Assembly (NCBI GenBank): GCA_041740355.1
Contig: JBGSMD010000030.1
Span: forward strand, 1-64,000
Length of the DNA: 64,000 nt
From: Bdellovibrionota bacterium
Lineage (GTDB): Bacteria > Bdellovibrionota_C > UBA2361 > CALJRW01
Direction: 5' to 3'
The notes below the pieces were generated by a model. That model was given only the letters and a program-made list of their open reading frames with translations, searched no databases and had not been told where the DNA came from. A program made the translations under genes and the position numbers. Every line of letters starts with the position of its first letter. Within the stretch, counting starts at the first letter, position 1. Below, piece after piece: positions 59,077 to 64,000 of this stretch.

Positions 59077-61530
59077 ATGAGTTCTAAAGTAACTAATCCA
59101 GTTCCATTATTAGCCTTAAAAGAATTAGTGGTTTTCCCAGGTCAGGTAGTTCCATTATTTGTTGGACGTGAAAAAAGCGTTCGTGCCATTGAAGAAGCAC
59201 AGAAAGAAAAAAAATTGATTATGATGGCAACTCAAAAAGATGCCATGGTTAGCAATCCAGGACCAAAAGATATTTATTCTATTGGTACACTGGGCGAAGT
59301 AGTTCAGTTGATTAGATTAGCTGATGGACCAATTCGTGTCCTAGTTGAAGGTAAAACAAGAGCTAAAATTGACCAGTATCTGCAACAAGATTCATTCATG
59401 TTAGTTAATGTTACGGAAGTAGAAGCAGAAGTTGTTGATAATCCCGATGTGAAAGCTTTGATGCGCACAGTTGTTTCTTCTTTTGAAACATATGTGAAGC
59501 TTGGTCGCAAAGTTAATCCAGAAATGATAATGCAAGTCGGTGCGATTGACGATCCTTGTCGCTTAGCCGATTCCATCGTTGTTCAATTAAATATTAAATT
59601 AGAAGATCGGCAGTTAGTTTTAGAAACAATTAATCCAGCTGAGCGTCTAGAGAAAGTTCTAAACTTCATGAAATCTGAAATTGAGATTATGCAAGTTGAG
59701 CGTCGTATTCGTGGACGAGTTAAAAAACAGATGGAAAAGAGCCAGAAAGAATACTATCTGAATGAACAGATGCGCGCGATTCAGAAGGAACTTGGCGATA
59801 AAGATGATTTCAAAAACGAAATTCAAGAAATTGAAGAAAAGTTAGAAGCTAAAGACATGCCAGAAGAGGCTAAGACTAAAACAGCAAAAGAGCTGCGCAA
59901 ACTTAAGATGATGTCACCAATGTCAGCCGAAGCATCTGTCGTTCGTAACTATATCGATTGGATGGTCGGACTTCCTTGGAACGAAATGTCCGAAGACCGA
60001 ATTGATTTAGACATTGCGGCTGATGTCCTTGATGAAGATCATTATGGCTTAGAGAAAGTTAAAGAAAGAATTATTGAGTATCTAGCAGTTCAAAAACTTG
60101 TTGGTGCACTTAAAGGTCCAATCCTTTGTTTAGTTGGACCTCCGGGGGTTGGAAAGACTTCTCTTGGTAAATCAATTGCTAAAGCTACAAATCGTGAATT
60201 TGTAAGAATGGCACTTGGTGGTGTGCGTGATGAAGCTGAAATTCGTGGTCACCGTAGAACTTACATTGGGGCACTTCCCGGTAGAATTATTCAGTCACTT
60301 AAAAAAGCTGAAAAAAGTAATCCTGTATTTTTACTTGATGAAATTGATAAGATGACTGCTGATTTCCGTGGGGACCCAGCGTCAGCATTATTAGAAGTTT
60401 TAGATCCAGAGCAGAACAATGCCTTTAATGATCACTACTTAGATGCTGATTATGATTTGTCAAAGGTAATGTTCATTACAACAGCTAACAGTTTACACAC
60501 GATTCCACAGCCCTTAATGGACCGTATGGAAATCATCAGAATCTCTGGTTACACTGAGCTTGAAAAATTAAAAATTTGTCAGAAATATTTAGTTTCAAAG
60601 CAGTTAAAAGAAAACGGGATTGAAGCTAAGAATTTAGTCTTAGAAGAATCTGGACTTTATGAGTGTATTCGTCGCTATACTAAAGAGTCTGGGGTTCGTA
60701 ACCTTGAGCGTGTGATTGCTACACTTTGCCGTAAAGCAGCAATGCAAGTAGTACAAAATGGACCAGATCATAAATTAACAATTACAGCGGAAAATATTGT
60801 TAATTTTCTTGGTCAACCAATGTACCGTTTTGGTCATAGTGAAGACAAACACCAGATTGGTATTGCTACTGGACTTGCTTGGACACAAATGGGTGGAGAG
60901 ATGTTAGTTATTGAAACTACAATCTTACCTGGTCGTGGACGATTACAAATCACTGGGAAACTTGGGGATGTGATGCAGGAGTCTGCAAAAGCAGCTCTTA
61001 GTTATGTTAGATCTCGGTCGGAAATGTTAGGCTTGCCGAAGTATTTCTACGATAAGATTGATATACACGTCCACGTTCCAGAAGGTGGGATTCCAAAAGA
61101 TGGACCATCTGCTGGTATTACAATGGCACTATCAATTGTTTCGGCCTTAACAGGAATTCCAATTGATAAGAACATTGCCATGACTGGTGAGATTACCTTA
61201 CGTGGAAACGTTCTTCCAATCGGTGGTTTGAAAGAGAAAACTCTTGCTGCTCACCGTGCTGGAATTAAGCGGGTAATGTTCCCATCAGAAAATGAAAATG
61301 ATATTGAAGAAGTTCCGGAAACTGTTCGAAGAGATTTGGAATTAATACCAGTAAGTCATGTTGATCAAGTAATTTACGAAGGACTTATTTGTGACGGACC
61401 AGCTGATTTCCAAAGAATTATTGAAGAGCGTAAATTGCGTTTTGAGATTCTTTTTGGAGAGGACAAAGAAGGGAAAGAAGAAAATGCCGCAGCTGCTAAA
61501 CAGACTAATGGTGCTATGATGACGCATTAA
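59077..61530 (+). CDS. lon: Lon protease
   Basis: GPPGVGKT, DEIDK, KDGPSAG and IGGLKEK. Confidence 0.97.
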   Translation: MSSKVTNPVPLLALKELVVFPGQVVPLFVGREKSVRAIEEAQKEKKLIMMATQKDAMVSNPGPKDIYSIGTLGEVVQLIRLADGPIRVLVEGKTRAKIDQYLQQDSFMLVNVTEVEAEVVDNPDVKALMRTVVSSFETYVKLGRKVNPEMIMQVGAIDDPCRLADSIVVQLNIKLEDRQLVLETINPAERLEKVLNFMKSEIEIMQVERRIRGRVKKQMEKSQKEYYLNEQMRAIQKELGDKDDFKNEIQEIEEKLEAKDMPEEAKTKTAKELRKLKMMSPMSAEASVVRNYIDWMVGLPWNEMSEDRIDLDIAADVLDEDHYGLEKVKERIIEYLAVQKLVGALKGPILCLVGPPGVGKTSLGKSIAKATNREFVRMALGGVRDEAEIRGHRRTYIGALPGRIIQSLKKAEKSNPVFLLDEIDKMTADFRGDPASALLEVLDPEQNNAFNDHYLDADYDLSKVMFITTANSLHTIPQPLMDRMEIIRISGYTELEKLKICQKYLVSKQLKENGIEAKNLVLEESGLYECIRRYTKESGVRNLERVIATLCRKAAMQVVQNGPDHKLTITAENIVNFLGQPMYRFGHSEDKHQIGIATGLAWTQMGGEMLVIETTILPGRGRLQITGKLGDVMQESAKAALSYVRSRSEMLGLPKYFYDKIDIHVHVPEGGIPKDGPSAGITMALSIVSALTGIPIDKNIAMTGEITLRGNVLPIGGLKEKTLAAHRAGIKRVMFPSENENDIEEVPETVRRDLELIPVSHVDQVIYEGLICDGPADFQRIIEERKLRFEILFGEDKEGKEENAAAAKQTNGAMMTH

Positions 61531-61548
61531 TCAAGATAGCATTGCTTC

Positions 61549-61606
61549 AAAAAGTGAACCTTAAACTTCTTGCTACCTGCTAGAAATTTAAGTGTTCACT
61601 TTTTTT
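61549..61606 (+). terminator. Terminator after lon
   Basis: AAAAAGTGAAC-CTTAAA...TTTAAG-T-GTTCACTTTTT followed by a T-run. Confidence 0.7.
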
Positions 61607-61616
61607 ATCTAAATTG

Positions 61617-62141
61617 ATGGCCATAAAAATACAGTTATTTTTTTTGCTTTGCTTGCTCTCAAGTTGTGCTGGGTATGTTAAGGGTGATTTGCAAGAAGAT
61701 CAGATTGACCAGGAATTAACATTTAAAGTTAAAAAAGAAGGTTCCCAAAAGGAAGCTGATTTTACGATCGACTGCAATGGTAAGATCTATCCTTTAAAAA
61801 TGGAATATGATTTGCAAGAGTCTAGCTGGAGCACAGAAGTAATGTCGACCTTGTCTGTTTTAACCTTAGGAATTATACCCTTATATTCCTCCAATGATCT
61901 GAATTTAAAAATTAGTCTTTATAAAGATCAAGAGATTTTTGCTTTAGAAGCAATTGATTCTAGGGCACATTTTTATTATGGCATTATCCCACTTTTGTTA
62001 ACAAAAACAAAAGATAATATGAATTGCAATGAAGGCGAGGGAACAAAGGGGTGTTTGTATCGCGTGGCTCAGACACGATCCGTTCAGCGTTTACACCGAA
62101 TCTTACGTGAGAATGGCAAGCTAAATGAATTGTGTAATTAA
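61617..62141 (+). CDS. Hypothetical lipoprotein
   Basis: Lipobox LSSC; internal LTLGIIP motif. Confidence 0.7.
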   Translation: MAIKIQLFFLLCLLSSCAGYVKGDLQEDQIDQELTFKVKKEGSQKEADFTIDCNGKIYPLKMEYDLQESSWSTEVMSTLSVLTLGIIPLYSSNDLNLKISLYKDQEIFALEAIDSRAHFYYGIIPLLLTKTKDNMNCNEGEGTKGCLYRVAQTRSVQRLHRILRENGKLNELCN

Positions 62142-62266
62142 TGAAGAAATTTTTTTATTATTAATTATGAATTTCTTCGTAATTTAACTATAAATCCTAA
62201 TTTTTGGTTTTCTTAACCTAACTTGACTTTCTTTTATCTGAATAGTAAATAAATTGTCCCTTTAAT

Positions 62267-62342
62267 GGGCGCTTAGCTCAGTTGGTAGAGCAATAGCCTT
62301 ACAAGCTATGGGTCACAGGTTCGAGCCCTGTAGCGCCCACCA
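62267..62342 (+). tRNA. tRNA-Val(TAC)
   Basis: GGGCGCTTAGCTCAGTTGGTAGAGCA-ATAGC-CT-TAC-AA-GCTAT...GGTTCGAGCC...GCGCCCACCA; 76 nt. Confidence 0.97.
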
Positions 62343-62660
62343 TATCGCGGGAGTTTTTAGTTCTTTTCAAAATTTTAGCCGAATGTAATGAGGGTAAATT
62401 TTAGAAAAGACTAACCGCGCCAAAGCAATTTTTAATTGCGACGGCGGGTTGTTTGCATATGAGGATCTCTATGCAATTTCAACACAACCCATACTTGCCA
62501 CGCCAAAGCAAATTCCAAATTGCGGCGGCGGGTTGTGTCTCAAACAAAATCCGTAATACAAAGTTCCTGATGTCGCTACAGGGCGAGAACCTGTTGCGTA
62601 GCATACAGGACATAGTTTCGGGGAAAAATGCGAAGCATTTTTGGACCCCTGTAGCGCCCA
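62326..62660 (+). other. ~320-bp structured segment flanked by 14-bp direct repeats of the tRNA-Val 3' end
   Basis: CCCTGTAGCGCCCA at 62326-62339 and 62647-62660. Confidence 0.75.
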
Positions 62661-62788
62661 AAATAACTTAAGTACCTAATTTGAATCGATTATAATTCAA
62701 TTTGCATCAAAATAATCACTTACATTCATAACTTATAATAAGCTCTATAGGTTTAAATTGTTGTTAAATTTTCAGGTTCGTTGAGGTC

Positions 62789-64000
62789 ATGGACAATTTT
62801 AGAAAAAATAGTGGTCCTAAGAATTCCCAGATGCATTTCGGCTTACTAAGCATATTAGCGTTTATCTGCTTATTAGTATTTTTGGGCTCACCCAATTTCT
62901 CCTTATTCCAAAATACAGAAGATCTAGCCAAGGAATCTTCTGATCTAGAAGAATTTACATTACCAAGCAAAGAGATTGCCAGCGCTCTTAATATCAGTGT
63001 CTGTAGTAATGAATTGATGGAAGAAGCATCAGAAAAATCTGGAGAATCCAAGAAGCTCTTTGGTGGGCTAAGCAATTTTCAGACACGTCTCTTAAAGAGT
63101 TTTAACAAAGATAGTTTTGAAAAGTTAGTTGGAGATATTAAAAACTTTCAATCCCAAATTACTACTAAAAATTGTTTACCACCATTAGTCGTTGGTGGAA
63201 CACCTGTTCCCTTAGAAGTTGGTGTTAAACTTTTACTTGATGAACAAATAATTACTTGTGGATTTACTCCCCAACTAAATCCTGGTCATGGTAATACCGG
63301 ATATTTAATTAGTGACTCCATAAATAATTATATTTCATTTTTAGCTAGTAATAAAGTTGTTAAGAAGTCAGAGAAGAAGTTACGTAATTTAGAAGCTAAA
63401 CGTGATAAGTTAAGAAGTAGTAATAATAAAGTTAATTTAAAAGAAATTAATAATGAGATCCTCAAGACTCAATTAGCTAAATCTTATGCCGACTTTTATA
63501 ATAAATATGGACAACTTTTGGCAACTGTTTACGAATCTGTATGTGTTGATGTGCAAGATTTAACTAGTCCAAGTATTCCGACAGGACTCAGTTTTGCAGC
63601 TTCTACTAAGGAATTATCATGGGGTGGAAGTGCTGATAGTTACATAGTTTATTTAAGTAGTGACCAAGGGGTAAGTTATCAGAAATTAGTCAGGACAAAT
63701 AATAAGAAAGTAGTATTATCAAATTTATCTAAAAATTATGACTATTTGATCAAAGTTGTAGCCATACAAGCTTTACAGAAGATCAGTTTAGTTTCAGATT
63801 ACTCCCAAGTACTTAAGGTTAGAATTAAACCTCTTCCCGAAGTAGGAACAAAACCGACACCAAATGTTAGTCCATCTCCTAAGATGACTCCAAGTCCTAC
63901 CCCATTAGCGTCAAGTAGTCCACGACCAACAGCTACCGCAAGTCCAAATCCTACTGTCATGCCATCACCAAGTATTATTTTAGCTCCCAAAATTCTTTCT
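62789..64000 (+). CDS. 3'-truncated exported protein with fibronectin type III-like domain and Pro/Thr/Ser linker (absent from the ORF track)
   Basis: Manual translation from ATG 62789 is open to the window end: MDNFRKNSG..., a hydrophobic helix, DLTSPSIPTGL...LSW...Y.VY...LSNL..NYDY.IKVVA, then PTPNVSPSPKMTPSPTP. Confidence 0.85.
   Translation, partial: MDNFRKNSGPKNSQMHFGLLSILAFICLLVFLGSPNFSLFQNTEDLAKESSDLEEFTLPSKEIASALNISVCSNELMEEASEKSGESKKLFGGLSNFQTRLLKSFNKDSFEKLVGDIKNFQSQITTKNCLPPLVVGGTPVPLEVGVKLLLDEQIITCGFTPQLNPGHGNTGYLISDSINNYISFLASNKVVKKSEKKLRNLEAKRDKLRSSNNKVNLKEINNEILKTQLAKSYADFYNKYGQLLATVYESVCVDVQDLTSPSIPTGLSFAASTKELSWGGSADSYIVYLSSDQGVSYQKLVRTNNKKVVLSNLSKNYDYLIKVVAIQALQKISLVSDYSQVLKVRIKPLPEVGTKPTPNVSPSPKMTPSPTPLASSSPRPTATASPNPTVMPSPSIILAPKILS

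Noticed and set aside
62453-63990. ORFs 62453-62671, 62479-62661, 62764-63075 and 63799-63990
   Set aside because: The first two lie in the structured tRNA trailer; the last two are antisense to the long 62789 ORF.
62343-64000. Prophage or large genomic island at tRNA-Val
   Set aside because: The att-like repeat closes after ~320 bp, and no integrase or phage genes are visible.

Overview
AT-rich bacterial chromosome segment. A deltaproteobacteria-like lineage (Bdellovibrionota or Myxococcota relative) is inferred from gene content, not proven. Housekeeping genes include tig-clpP-clpX-lon, miaB, tatBC, rimK, ribH, folB, pfk, phoH, tRNA-Leu(TAG) and tRNA-Val(TAC). Three things stand out. (1) A ~14.6 kb co-directional locus (40133-54777) joins a PP2C phosphatase, an FHA protein and a Ser/Thr kinase to a Tad/Cpa core (cpaE-cpaB-cpaF-tadB-tadC). 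It continues into an orphan injectisome-type export gate (SctV-like rather than flagellar FlhA) abutting a membrane pseudokinase. This puts pieces of the two machines used for contact-dependent prey killing in Myxococcus (Kil/Tad and T3SS*) into one locus. (2) A divergent phenylalanyl-tRNA synthetase pair, with substitutions at normally conserved acidic residues, is chained by overlapping stop/start codons to HMG-CoA reductase and type-2 IPP isomerase. (3) There are several dispersed non-coding elements: two TATAG...CTATA MITE-like families sharing termini, a multi-stem structured element with a compensatory change, and a small bulged hairpin that recurs behind both tRNAs. There is also an mnmM plus FAD-oxidase pair that may form a split MnmC. 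No CRISPR array, integrase or transposase was seen. All calls come from motif reading without database searches.
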